DNA of 63,195 bases, filler included, from Octopus bimaculoides (Eukaryota), in the NCBI RefSeq assembly GCF_001194135.2. It is 7 parts of 6 records of this genome, joined end to end, with 100 filler letters (N's around TTAATTAATTAA, not from the genome) between each part and the next. Parts side by side here need not be neighbours in the genome. Positions count along the whole stretch, not along the records: positions 27,041 to 42,706 come from NC_068983.1; positions 42,807 to 50,604 come from NC_069003.1; positions 50,705 to 55,247 come from NC_068985.1; 4 more parts are not named here. One strand, written 5' to 3'. Made by a program: the position numbers and the translations under genes. Shown here piece by piece: positions 42,400 through 54,030 of this stretch; position 1 is the first letter of the stretch; every line of letters starts with the position of its first letter. The notes beneath the pieces were generated by a model, which was not told where the DNA came from, did no database searches, and worked only from the letters and a program-made list of their open reading frames with translations.

Positions 42400-42706
42400 G
42401 TTTACATGCGTGAGGATGAATTATGAGGTTGTCCTTGTCGGTGTTAGTTGTAGTAAGAGCTGGTAGTGGCGATATCGGTGGTGATGAATTTCGTTGTGTC
42501 GTAACGCAGAGAAAGCGAGCGAATAGCTTCCTGGTGGAAAACGCAAGCTGGACTCCCTAAGTGGAGAAAAACTGATCTATTTAAGGTAATTGGTGGGCTC
42601 CACAGAAGTGTGTAAGGTTTTTTTCCGCCAAGAGAACACGTGATCCATTTGAGCGCATCTGATTGGTTGACCGGGTAATTTGGCATAATTATTTAGGGGA
42701 CGAATT
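42400..42706 (-). promoter_or_regulatory. Candidate Pol II promoter / first exon
   Basis: CpG-rich unique island (about 14 CpG in ~270 bp by hand count), two minus-strand CCAAT boxes (42589-42593, 42662-42666), E-box CACGTG (42637-42642), TCAGTT Inr-like motif (42570-42575), possible donor GTAAAC at 42400-42405. Confidence 0.3.
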
Positions 42707-43068
42707 NNNNNNNNNNNNNNNNNNNNNNNNNNNNNNNNNNNNNNNNNNNNTTAATTAATTAANNNNNNNNNNNNNNNNNNNNNNNNNNNNNNNNNNNNNN
42801 NNNNNNTTAGCACTGATCTGTTCCATTAATGTTTGGTTTATAAAAGTACAGAAAAAAAATTATCGAAAGAAAAACAAAAAAAATGAAATATAATAAAAAT
42901 AATTCCAGTCTTCTCAGCCATTTTCTAAATCCTCAAGAACTGCTTCTTTGCCCCCCCCCCATGTTTCAGTCTTCAAGAATTAACAGCATACTCTTCAACA
43001 TTCTGAGCCAATCTCTCACACCATCCAACCCCTATCTCTCACAATAGGCCCAAGAATGGTGGTGTGGT

Positions 43069-43680
43069 TTAACCTTTTAGCTTTCAGATTCCCTTGTCAA
43101 ACATAATACCTATTTATTCACATAACTTTGAACTAATCATGGATTATCTTGTAGCTTCAAAATGTGATTATATATTTTTAGAATGACATTGTAGGGTAGG
43201 TGTGAGAGGCTGGATCTGGCTGGTTTCAATATAAAACAGGTAAAAATACTTGGACAGCATATGACCAGTTTGAATGCTTAAATGGTTAATCATCAGCAGT
43301 CAAATTACTCTGTCAAATCTAATCCTTATTTATTCACATTGTTTTGAATTAATCATGGCTTATCTTGTAGCTTTGAAATTTCAATGATGTGATTGTATAT
43401 TTTCAGAATGACATTGTAGGGTAGGTGTGAGAGCTTGGATTTTGCTTGTTTAACCCTTTAACATTCATATTATTCTATCGAATGTAATGCTTATTTATTC
43501 ATAAATAGCATAAAACTTGTAGAATATTTGGGCCAGATATGGTTGGTTTAATGCTTTAGCATTCTGATTACTCTGTCAAACACAATACCTATTCATTTAC
43601 ATTCTTTTCAGCTAATCATGCATTATCTTGTAGCTTCAAGATTTCAACAGTGTATTTGCATATTTTTAGAAAGACATTGT
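43069..43680. mobile_element. Cluster of piggyBac-type MITE copies (one complete at 43069-43289, plus partial copies)
   Basis: TTAA-CCTTTTAGC ... GCTTAAATGG-TTAA termini. Internal segments (ATTATCTTGTAGCTT, GAATGACATTGTAGGGTAGGTGTGAGA) repeat three times. Confidence 0.65.
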
Positions 43681-43685
43681 AGACA

Positions 43686-44095
43686 GGCGTAGGAGTGGCT
43701 GTGTGGTAAGTAGCTTGCTTACCAACCACATGGTTCTGGGTTCAGTCCCACTGAGTGGCACCTTGGGCAAGTGTCTCCTACTATAGCCTCGTGCCAACCA
43801 AAGCCTTGTGAGTGGATTTGGTAGACGGAAACTGAAAGAAGCCTGTCGTATATATGTATATATATATGTGTATGTGTGTGTATGTGTTTGTGTGTCTATG
43901 TTTGTCGCCCCCAATATCACTTGACAACCGATGGTGGTGTGTTTACGTCCCCGTAACTTAGTGGTTTGCCAAAAGAGACCGATAGAATAAGTACTAGGCT
44001 TACAAAGAATAAGTTCTGAGGTCGATTTGCTCGACTAAAGGCGGTGCTCCAGCATGGCCACAGTCAAATGACTGAAACAAGTAAAAAGAGTAAAA
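43686..44095 (+). mobile_element. SINE family B, full length with internal (TA)/(TG) microsatellite
   Basis: GGCGTAGGAGTGGCTGTGTGGTAAGTAG head, GGGTTCAGTCCC B-box, CCTTGGGCAAGTGTC, internal tract, tail GGCGGTGCTCCAGCATGGCCACAGTCAAATGACTGAAACAAGTAAAA. Confidence 0.92.
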
Positions 44096-45556
44096 AAAAA
44101 GAGTAATACATACAAACACATACACACATGTACATGTAAAATGGGATTCGGTGCTGTTTCTACCCGCCAAATTCAACATTACAAGTATTTTTGCTAATTT
44201 GAGGCTATAATAGAAAATACTTGCCAAAGTGGCTGAGAAGCTTTACATAAGAATCGAACCTGAAGCCATATGGCAGTAAAAGTGAACTTCTAATCCACAG
44301 AAAGGTGAATGGAAACAAGAGAAAGGAAAAAATATACTGCTAGTATATATAAGACGAACATTAGTGAAGAAGAGTTGGGGGAGTGTTGTTGTTGAAAGAA
44401 TTTTCAGTGTTTTTTTCACTTTACAAGTGTCCACACCACAATAAAACATTTTCACAAGAACAGCGATGGAGACGGCAATGACGCCAACAATGGCAAGTTA
44501 TTTCATTGTAAACCAATCATGTTTATGGCAACTTTGAAAGCATCTCTTTCACCTCTTTTTGCCTTGAAGGTGATAACTTTTATCCACCCAGGACAGCGCA
44601 GCGCACCAGAATATTTCTTCAATTTTTTCTACATCTTCTCATGTTTTTATATTTTTTTATGTTGCACTTTTAATCTACAGAACCTCAATATGACTTTAAA
44701 ACTAATTTACTCCATTCCCTGGTGATCATAATTTAATGTTGGGCTGACTTCCAGGAAGAAGAAAAAAGAAAAAAGTAAAAAAAAAGCATATCAAAAAGAG
44801 AATTGGTAATTTGATTTATCTCTGTCAACTACTCCTTCACTTTCTTCAATATATGTGAGTGTGTGTGTGTACACACACACACACACATATATATATACAT
44901 TTATATGTATATACATGTATATATATGAACATATATACGTGTATATATATATGTGTGTGTATATATATATATATATATGTACGTACACACACACACACAT
45001 CTACTCATGCATATGTGTGTATATATATATACATACATACATACATACACACAGACATGTATTCAATAATATCAAAAGGAAATACTATATAAAACAGGTC
45101 ATCGACATTTTTCTTTGCATGGCTGTGTGTCCGTTTGAGAGACAGATATCTAAATTCAAATATTTTGCAATGAACTAGCCATCAACGGGAACGGGGATGG
45201 CTCTCTTCAAAGCCACAAATCTCATTGTGGAATGCATTTTTATTGACGAGTTGAAAGTCTCGAGGGATTTTTCGCAGAAGATGCAAATCAATTTCAGCTT
45301 AAGCACATTGCGTTGGCACTTACCAAACAAATTAAGTGCAAAAGCATGAAACTCTCGGCCCCTCAGATCAATCTGTAACTTCTGCTGATCATTAATAATG
45401 GTTTCATGTTTTTGGCACAAGGCCGTCAATTTTTGATGGAGGGGATTAAAGTAATTATATGGACCTTCGTGTGCAACTGGTATTTATTTTATTAACTGTG
45501 GAAGGATCAAAGGCAAATACTCATGTCTTGGGTTCTATTTTCCTGTTTCTATCATC

Positions 45557-46195
45557 TGCAGGCGTGGCTGTGTGGTAAGAAGCTTGTTCCCCAACCACAT
45601 GGTTCTGGGTTCAGTCCCACTGCATGGCACTTTGGGCAAGTGTCTTCTACAATGGCCTCCGGCTGACCAAAGACTTGTGAGTGGATTTGTTTGACTGAAA
45701 CTGAAAGAAGCCTGTCGTATGTATATATATATNNNNNNNNNNNNNNNNNNNNNNNNNNNNNNNNNNNNNNNNNNNNNNNNNNNNNNNNNNNNNNNNNNNN
45801 NNNNNNNNNNNNNNNNNNNNNNNNNNNNNNNTGTGTGTGTGTGTGTGTGTCTGTGTTTGCCACCCTCCACCCCTGATCAATAACCGGTAGTGGTGTGTTT
45901 ACATCCCTATAACTTAGGGGTTTGGCAAAAGAAGCTGAAAAAATAAGCACCAGGCTTAAAAGAAAAAAAAGGGAACTGGGATCAATTCATTCGACTAAAA
46001 ACTCTTCAAGGTGGTGCCCCCGCATGGCCACAATCAAATGATTGAAATAAGTAAAATATAAAAGACAAAAGATAGTTGCACGTATGGCTGTGTGGTAAGA
46101 AGCTTGCTTCCCAACCACATGCTTCTTGGTTCAGTCCTACTGCGTGGCACCTTGGGCAAGTGTCTTCTACTATAGCCTGAGGCCAACCGAAGCCT
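45557..46195 (+). mobile_element. SINE family B full copy (45557-46070) plus second 5' half (46078-46195)
   Basis: Same head and tail as 43686-44095; the N-gap falls in the internal microsatellite. Confidence 0.88.
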
Positions 46196-46414
46196 CAAAT
46201 GTGTCAAAGCCCCTCCCAAACAAACAAACTGTCCATTTGCATGATGACTGATGCAAAATCATGAATTTGTAAAGCTGTCAAACCCAGTCTCAAGTGGAAT
46301 CAAAGAGTGTAAGGGTATATAAAAAGCTGAAGTGTTTCAGTCATTTATTAAGAAAATTCCTGAACATTCCGAAGCACTACCATACTACATATAAAATCTA
46401 GGGATATCAAAATC

Positions 46415-46564
46415 ATTAGTTTATACATTATTTATATTTGACGGATATTTGTCCTCATCTTGTTTGTTGTTAACACAACGTTTCGGCTTATATACCCTCC
46501 AGCCTTCATCAGGTGTCTTGGGGAAATTTTAAACCTGGGTTCTCATTCTTAATGTATTTTTCGA

Positions 46565-46603
<39 letters not shown>

Positions 46604-46685
46604 TATTATTATTCAGGTCACTGCTTGAAATCGAACTTGGAATCTTCGGGTTAGTAGCCCGTGCTCTTAACCACTATGCCATATG
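46415..46685 (-). mobile_element. tRNA-headed SINE with internal (AAT)n and Penelope-type 3' part
   Basis: Minus strand: TGGCATAGTGGTTAAGAGC (A-box), anticodon-arm-like GGGCTACTAACCC, AGTTCGATTTC (B-box), (AAT)n, then hammerhead-bearing tail ending AAATATAAATAATGTA. Confidence 0.8.
46472..46517 (-). ncRNA. Minimal type I hammerhead ribozyme motif
   Basis: 5'-GACAC CUGAUGA A GGCU-(12-nt loop)-AGCC GAAA C GU U GUGUU-3'. Stem I GACAC/GUGUU (one G-U), intact CUGAUGA and GAAA core, 4-bp stem II, palindromic AACGUU stem III, GUU cleavage triplet. Confidence 0.75.
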
Positions 46686-47757
46686 GAACTGTATATACTT
46701 TGGTATAATAATATCTGAAGATTCCAAATGAAAGATATCAATTTTATATGACTGATATTTGTTTATAGTTAGCATGCTATGTCAAGACAAACAGACACAA
46801 CCACACACACACACACACACATACAAAAGGGTATGCCATTTCCATGATGATTGATACTGTCAACATTTTTACAATATAATAATGTTGTGTGTAAAAGTTA
46901 CACTTCTCTGAGGATTTGACAACAAGTTTTGGCTATGTAATTTACAACAGCAACAAGAGCAACAACCTGTTGAAAGCCAGGTGTGAGAGGAAGGGGGGGA
47001 AGAGGAACAAAAACAACAACAATAAAAAAAAAAACCAAACAACCTGTCAATTTATTTGATGATCAATGCAAATCCATGAATTTGTGAAGCCGTCGAACCC
47101 AATCTCGGCTGGAACCGACGAGTGTAAAAGACATCAAAAGACAAAGAATTTATTGATTCTTTTAAAAAATTCCCGACAATTGTGAAGCATTGTCATACAA
47201 CAAATGAACGATCTAGCATTTCATTTCATTCCATCCATCATCGTTTCACAGGGGGTGAGTGTGTTTTGATTGATATCAAGGACTCCTTGCACCACCACCA
47301 CCAACAAAAAGAAAAAAAAAATGGTGCCTTCCATTTCCACACCCCACTCCTCCACCTGCCAAGAATGATGGCATATTGTTTGCAGAAAACAATAGGTTTT
47401 TCAAATGGATTCAATAAACATCATTTACTTTATTAAGGCAGTCATTATTATCTAAATAACTAAATAAATAAACGCCTAGATAACTAAATAAAAGAAATGC
47501 AGAAAATAAAGAAATAAAAAGGAGCAGTGTGGAGGATGATGAAAAAGAAAGAAAGAAAAGACAGAGAATAATAAAAACTCTGAATTGCAAATTGTTTCTT
47601 TTTGAAATGTTTTGCCCATTTTATAATATAATGGATACGAGGTAGTCGGGAAGAGTTGTTATCAGGCAGAGGGATAGATATTAAAGTGCTGTGGAATAGG
47701 GCAAAATGAACAACATCAATGAAGAGAGCAACACTTTTATATACACCCACTAATAAC

Positions 47758-47759
<2 letters not shown>

Positions 47760-47789
<30 letters not shown>

Positions 47790-47860
47790 GATACATACAT
47801 ATATGTACGTATATATGTATATATCTATATATGAATATGTATATCTATGTATGAGAGTGT

Positions 47861-47897
<37 letters not shown>

Positions 47898-47899
47898 AT

Positions 47900-47934
<35 letters not shown>

Positions 47935-48277
47935 TAGACATACACCCACACATATTGTAGAGATCTCCATACATACATGCATACATATGCATATATGTAT
48001 GTGTTTATATACACTTTGTATACAGTGTATATACATATGATAGATAAATAAATAGATATATACACACACATACATATGGATGTGTGTATATAAATATATA
48101 CAAACAATATACGTGCGCGTGTGTGTGTGTGTGTGTGTGTGTGCAAACATTTACATGTTTACTTATAAATGCAATTTATACATGTGTAATATATATACAT
48201 ATATATATAAATACATACATACATATATATATATATATCATATATATATAAATACATACATACATATATATATATAT

Positions 48278-48335
<58 letters not shown>

Positions 48336-48590
48336 GACACACACACATATATATATATACACACACACACATACATACAGATGTATATATATATATATTC
48401 TTGTGCATGTACTTTTACATATACACACACCTATACAGATACATAGATATATCTGCACATACATGCGTATATATGCATACGTATGCACAGGCATACACAC
48501 ACACACACACACACGAATATATATATGTATGCCTGCACACACATAAATGCACATCACACACATACCAGATACACACACACAATAACATAA
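47760..48590. repeat. Long (TA)/(CA)/(TG) low-complexity block
   Basis: Direct reading. Confidence 0.95.
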
Positions 48591-49084
48591 AAAAAAAAAG
48601 AAAGAAAAAACAAAAACAAATCCCGATGCCCACATGAATAAATCCGATACAATTCCTAGAGTCTGTAATTGTTGTTGTCATCATTGTCGGAATGAAAAGC
48701 TTCCATCATCCACTGGAACCGGAGAGAATATTTGTTATAATCAGAGTATTCAGGTAAACAGCAGAATACCCTTAATTCTTAGCTACATTTTATCATCTCT
48801 GTACTTATTACAATTACTGTCGGTCCTGGGGTCACTTTGCTCAACTAAAAGGCGGTGCTCCAGCATGGCCGCAGTCAAATGACTGAAACAAGTAAAAAGG
48901 ATCATAAAAGACTATTTTAAACCAAACTTAACTTAGATAGATTCATAATCCTTCTTTCTTCAAGATTAAAGCATTGTTTCGATATAGGATTGAAGTGGTT
49001 TTAAATATGTGAAAGATTATATGAAATGAAATAAAACATTTTTCCTCCCCATTATTTCAATGTCCACATTTCTATGCTCTTATT

Positions 49085-49235
49085 GGTCAGATATAGTTTG
49101 TTGAGATAGATTTTCTACAGCTGGATGCCCTTCCTCTTGCCAACCCTAACCTGTTTTTCAAGCAAGGTAATATTTCCTCATGAACAAACATGTTTATATG
49201 GAAGATTGTAAATGGAGGGCATGAAAAGACCTTCA
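49085..49235 (-). mobile_element. SINE/LINE-tail fragment (GGAAGGGCATCCAGCTGTAGAAAATC)
   Basis: The minus-strand motif is a common retroposon 3' segment; family not determined. Confidence 0.45.
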
Positions 49236-50318
49236 TGCCAGAAACTGTTTCTGGAGCGAAATTCTATTAGACAAAGTGTACAAAAACAAACACCATGGAA
49301 CTATGAATGATGTCGTCAGATCACTAAGGACATGTTTCTGCGTTATTACACTTCCTCAGCAATGGGTGCTGAATCTGTTGTTCATAGTGTACTAAGAACT
49401 ACTGTCATTTGNNNNNNNNNNNNNNNNNNNNNNNNNNNNNNNNNNNNNNNNNNNNNNNNNNNNNNNNNNNNNNNNNNNNNNNNNNNNNNNNNNNNNNNNN
49501 NNNNNNNNNNNNNNNNNNNNNNNNNNNNNNNNNNNNNNNNNNNNNNNNNNNNNNNNNNNNNNNNNNNNNNNNNNNNNNNNNNNNNNNNNNNNNNNNNNNN
49601 NNNNNNNNNNNNNNNNNNNNNNNNNNNNNNNNNNNNNNNNNNNNNNNNNNNNNNNNNNNNNNNNNNNNNNNNNNNNNNNNNNNNNNNNNNNNNNNNNNNN
49701 NNNNNNNNNNNNNNNNNNNNNNNNNNNNNNNNNNNNNNNNNNNNNNNNNNNNNNNNNNNNNNNNNNNNNNNNNNNNNNNNNNNNNNNNNNNNNNNNNNNN
49801 NNNNNNNNNNNNNNNNNNNNNNNNNNNNNNNNNNNNNNNNNNNNNNNNNNNNNNNNNNNNNNNNNNNNNNNNNNNNNNNNNNNNNNNNNNNNNNNNNNNN
49901 NNNNNNNNNNNNNNNNNNNNNNNNNNNNNNNNNNNNNNNNNNNNNNNNNNNNNNNNNNNNNNNNNNNNNNNNNNNNNNNNNNNGGCTAATAAGAAGTTTT
50001 GTTATTCTGTGAGAAGTGCTACTGGAGTGGGGACTAGAAAGCGGGGGGGGGGGTTATGATGCTTGGTGGCAGTGGTGGTTGGGACCCACAGATAACTGAA
50101 TGGTTGGGTAGGAAGGGAAGGGAACTGAGGAGGCGGTGGGAGTGAGGGAAGATGCTAAGGGTGCAAAATAATGATAAGAAAATCCCAATACGGTGAGAGT
50201 GAGGGTGAGGGTGAGAGAGAGAGAGAGTTTGCAGAGTTGTGGTGATGAGGATGAGAAGAAAAACTGAAGATGGATGGGTGGGAAGTGAGAAGTGAAGAGT
50301 AGGACACAAAGACAGAAA

Positions 50319-50354
<36 letters not shown>

Positions 50355-50757
50355 ACATACATAAACACATGCAAATATACATACATATACATATCCATAC
50401 ACAACATATGTATACACATATACGCAAACATACACATACATACATACAGCATACATATGTACACGTGCACACACACGTATACAACATACATACACACACA
50501 AACATATACAGCATACAATACACACACACATATATACAACATGCATATACACATACATCATATTTATACACAAACATAAACATACATATATACAACATGC
50601 ATACNNNNNNNNNNNNNNNNNNNNNNNNNNNNNNNNNNNNNNNNNNNNTTAATTAATTAANNNNNNNNNNNNNNNNNNNNNNNNNNNNNNNNNNNNNNNN
50701 NNNNAAACTTTCTTCAAACCACTTTTTTCTTCTTCAAACAGAAATATAGTCTTCAAG

Positions 50758-51420
50758 AAAAGGCGTTGAGCTGGCAGAAACGTTAGCACGCAGGGCGAAA
50801 TGCTTAGCGGTATTTCGTCTGCCGTTACGTTCTGAGTTCAAATTCCGCCGAGATCGAGTTTGCCTTTCATCCTTTCGGAGTCGATAAATTAAGTACCAGT
50901 TACGCACTGGGGTCGATATAATCGACTTAATCCCTTTGTCAGTCCTTGTTTGTCGCCTCTATGTTTAGCCCCTTGTGGGCAATAAAGAAATAAGAATCGT
51001 TTTGCACGCCGGGTGAAATGCTAAGTGATATTTCGTCTGCCGTTATGTTCTGAGTTCAAATTCCACCGAGGTCGACTTTGCCTTTCATCCTTTCGGGGTC
51101 TATAAATTAAATACTAGTTGCGTACTGGGGTTGATCTAATCGACTAGCCCCTCCCTCGGAATTTGGGGCCTTGTACTTAGAGTAGAAAAGAATATTCCTT
51201 GTTTTAAAGGCGGTGAGCTGGCAGAAACGTTAGCACGCCGGGCGAAATGCTGAGCGATATTTCATGTCTTTTCGTTTTGAGTTCAAATTCCGTCGAGGTT
51301 GACTTTGCTTTTCATCCTTTCGGGGTCGATAAATGAAGTACTAGTTGCGTACTGGGGTCGATCTAATCGGCTGGCCCCCTCCCTCAGAATTTCGGGCCTT
51401 GTGCCTAGAGTAGAAAAGTA
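50758..51420 (+). mobile_element. Head-to-tail trimer of SINE family A
   Basis: Copies at 50758-50995, ~50996-51195 (head shortened) and 51207-51420. Confidence 0.9.
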
Positions 51421-51689
51421 TATAATCTCCCAGGAATATTTTTAAAAAAATGATATGACATGGTCGCGGCTGAATGCTCGATCAAAACTAAACTTGGGTA
51501 AGTACAGTCACGTGGTAGATCGGGTGGAATGTCGGACAAAACTTTTTCTTAACTCGTAGTCACCTGAGAGTTAGATATGAAGAGGTTCCATTGCTTTTTC
51601 TTTCTTCCTCTTCATTATCTTCCGCATGAGAAATTGCAAACTGATGGAAATCAGAAAGCAAGATCGATATTAAAGTTACATTGAAGGTT

Positions 51690-52385
51690 ATAGCCGGTTG
51701 AGGCACCGCCTTGAAAGATTTATAGTCGAACGAATCGACCCCGGTACTTACTTTTTAAAGTCTGATATACATTCTGTCGGTCCCTTAGGCCGAACTGCAA
51801 AGTCACGGGGAAGTAAACTCACCAACACCGGTTGTCAAGCAGTGGTGGGAAACAAACACACTCATACACACATATACTCTTTTACTTGTTTCAGTCATTT
51901 TGACTGCGGCCATGCTGGAGCACCGCCTTTTAGTCGAGCAAATCGACCCCAGGATTTATTCTTTGTAAGCCTAGTATTTATTCTATCGGTCTCTTTTGCC
52001 GAACCGCTAAGTTACGGGGACGTAAACACACCAGCATCGGTTGTCAAGCGATGTTGGGGGGACAAACACAGACACACAAACATATACACACACATACATA
52101 CATATATATANNNNNNNNNNNNNNNNNNNNNNNNNNNNNNNNNNNNNNNNNNNNNNNNNNNNNNNNNNNNNNNNNNNNNNNNNNNGACACTTGCCCAACG
52201 TTCCACGCACATATATACAAATATATACGACAGGCTTCTTTCAGTTTCCGTCTACCAAATCCACTCACAAGGCTTTGGTCGGCCCGAGGCTATAGTAGAA
52301 GACACTTGCCCAACGTTCCACGCACATATATACAAATATATACGACAGGCTTCTTTCAGTTTCCGCCAACAAATCCACTCATAAA
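51690..52385 (-). mobile_element. Stack of SINE family B pieces
   Basis: Two 3' halves (51690-51870, 51875-52110) and 5'-half pieces after the gap, with a ~65-bp direct duplication. Confidence 0.8.
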
Positions 52386-53719
52386 GTTTTGGTTGAACTA
52401 GCTCCTCCATCTGTCCAAAGTCGGTGATGCTTATAAAAAAAGATCGATGACAAAAAAAAATCGATGACAATCTAGTGCTTTACAAATTAAGTCATTTTAA
52501 TCAAGATTTTTTTTCTGCTCCAAATGACAGGTATTCCAGCACCGAAAGAGGTGCCATGAACCAGTGATGGCTCCTTTGGAGGTCTATAACCAACGTTGCT
52601 ATTTATCCAAAATTGCAAACATTATTAAATAAGCCTTTCAAATTGAATACGAGGCGCTTGAAGAACGTCAAAATGATGTAACGTTAAACCAGATGAAAAA
52701 GAATGTCTCCGGTGTTGAATCTCAAACTGGCTAGAACTGTACTCAGCTGTAAATAAGATTCTCCGAGAAACATTTTTTGTCGATCTTGCAACAATATACA
52801 GTTTAACAGAGCACTTCCTTTCTTCGCTCATAATGTATTTCAAAATAAGAGAATTCTTAGTGAAATCATACACACTCCATACTAAAACCGAATTGGCAAT
52901 CTTCCATCGTGAATAAACACATAAACAGACAAATAAATAACATTGCCCGACAGTTGAGGCTGAAGCTACAGCGATACATATTCTGGATTCAACGAATACT
53001 TGGATATCACATCAAATTGTTCTTTTTGATTTTGTATTCCGTTTTTTTTTTTTTTTTTTTGCTCGGGTTTCAATCGTTAGACAGAGGCCATGTTGGCACA
53101 AGGCCTTCATGCATATATTTTGTTGACCACATCGGACACCTCAGTAATCGTTGGTGTTATTTTATTTCAAGCTAGCCTTGATTGAGCAAGATCTACAATC
53201 AAAGGAATTCCGACCGTGACCATCCGTCCTTTTACTAAATGAAGCGAATCCAGAACCACATTATCCGATGTGACCTTTTCCATGACTGTGGGATGTGATT
53301 TGAGATTATATATGTACGTATGTATGTATGTATGTATGTATGCATATATATATATATATGTATATGTATGTATATANNNNNNNNNNNNNNNNNNNNNNNN
53401 NNNNNNNNNNNNNNNNNNNNNNNNNNNNNNNNNNNNNNNNNNNNNNNNNNNNNNNNNNNNNNNNNNNNNNNNNNNNNNNNNNNNNNNNNNNNNNNNNNNN
53501 NNNNNNNNNNNNNNNNNNNNNNNNNNNNNNNNNNNNNNNNNNNNNNNNNNNNNNNNNNNNNNNNNNNNNNNNNNNNNNNNNNNNNNNNNNNNNNNNNNNN
53601 NNNNNNNNNNNNNNNNTATATATATGCATGTATGTATGTATTTGTATGTATAGTTTATATAAGGTGGTGCTCCAGCATGGCCACAGTCAAAGGACTAAAA
53701 CAAGTAAAGGAATAAAAGA

Positions 53720-53750
<31 letters not shown>

Positions 53751-53764
53751 TACATACATACATG

Positions 53765-54030
53765 CATTCATGATGGTTGTCTTCTCCGTATGCAGAGTTT
53801 GACCACCTTCTGTACCTACACCTTAGAACCATCATGGCGTCTGATGTAGCTTTTAAAACCAGACAATGTTTTGAAAATACACCCACAAGATTGCATATGC
53901 GATTTGAACCACCAGGAGCTGCAGCTAAGTTCTGATCTATGTGGATCTCAGAATGTCTTTTGAGGCCTACTTTAGATTTGCAGACCTTCTGGCATACATT
54001 GCATTGAAAAGTGTGCACAGGCATGAGAAA
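53765..54030 (-). mobile_element. RTE-like LINE 3' end with C2H2-like fingers
   Basis: FQCNVCQKVCKSKVGLKRHSEIH...ICNL.G.FSK..GLKSYIR, ending GGAGAAGACAACCATCATG before a (ATGT)n tail. Confidence 0.65.

Noticed and set aside
45175-45429. 84-aa minus-strand ORF with an internal GTAAGT donor
   Set aside because: It starts inside a SINE A fragment, has no good acceptor, and gives no recognisable peptide.
47215-47240. CACAG-GGG-GTGAGT possible 3-nt microexon
   Set aside because: No supporting neighbouring exons; short splice-like motifs occur by chance.
52186-52366. ~65-bp direct duplication in SINE B pieces
   Set aside because: It starts at a gap edge and is most likely an assembly overlap.
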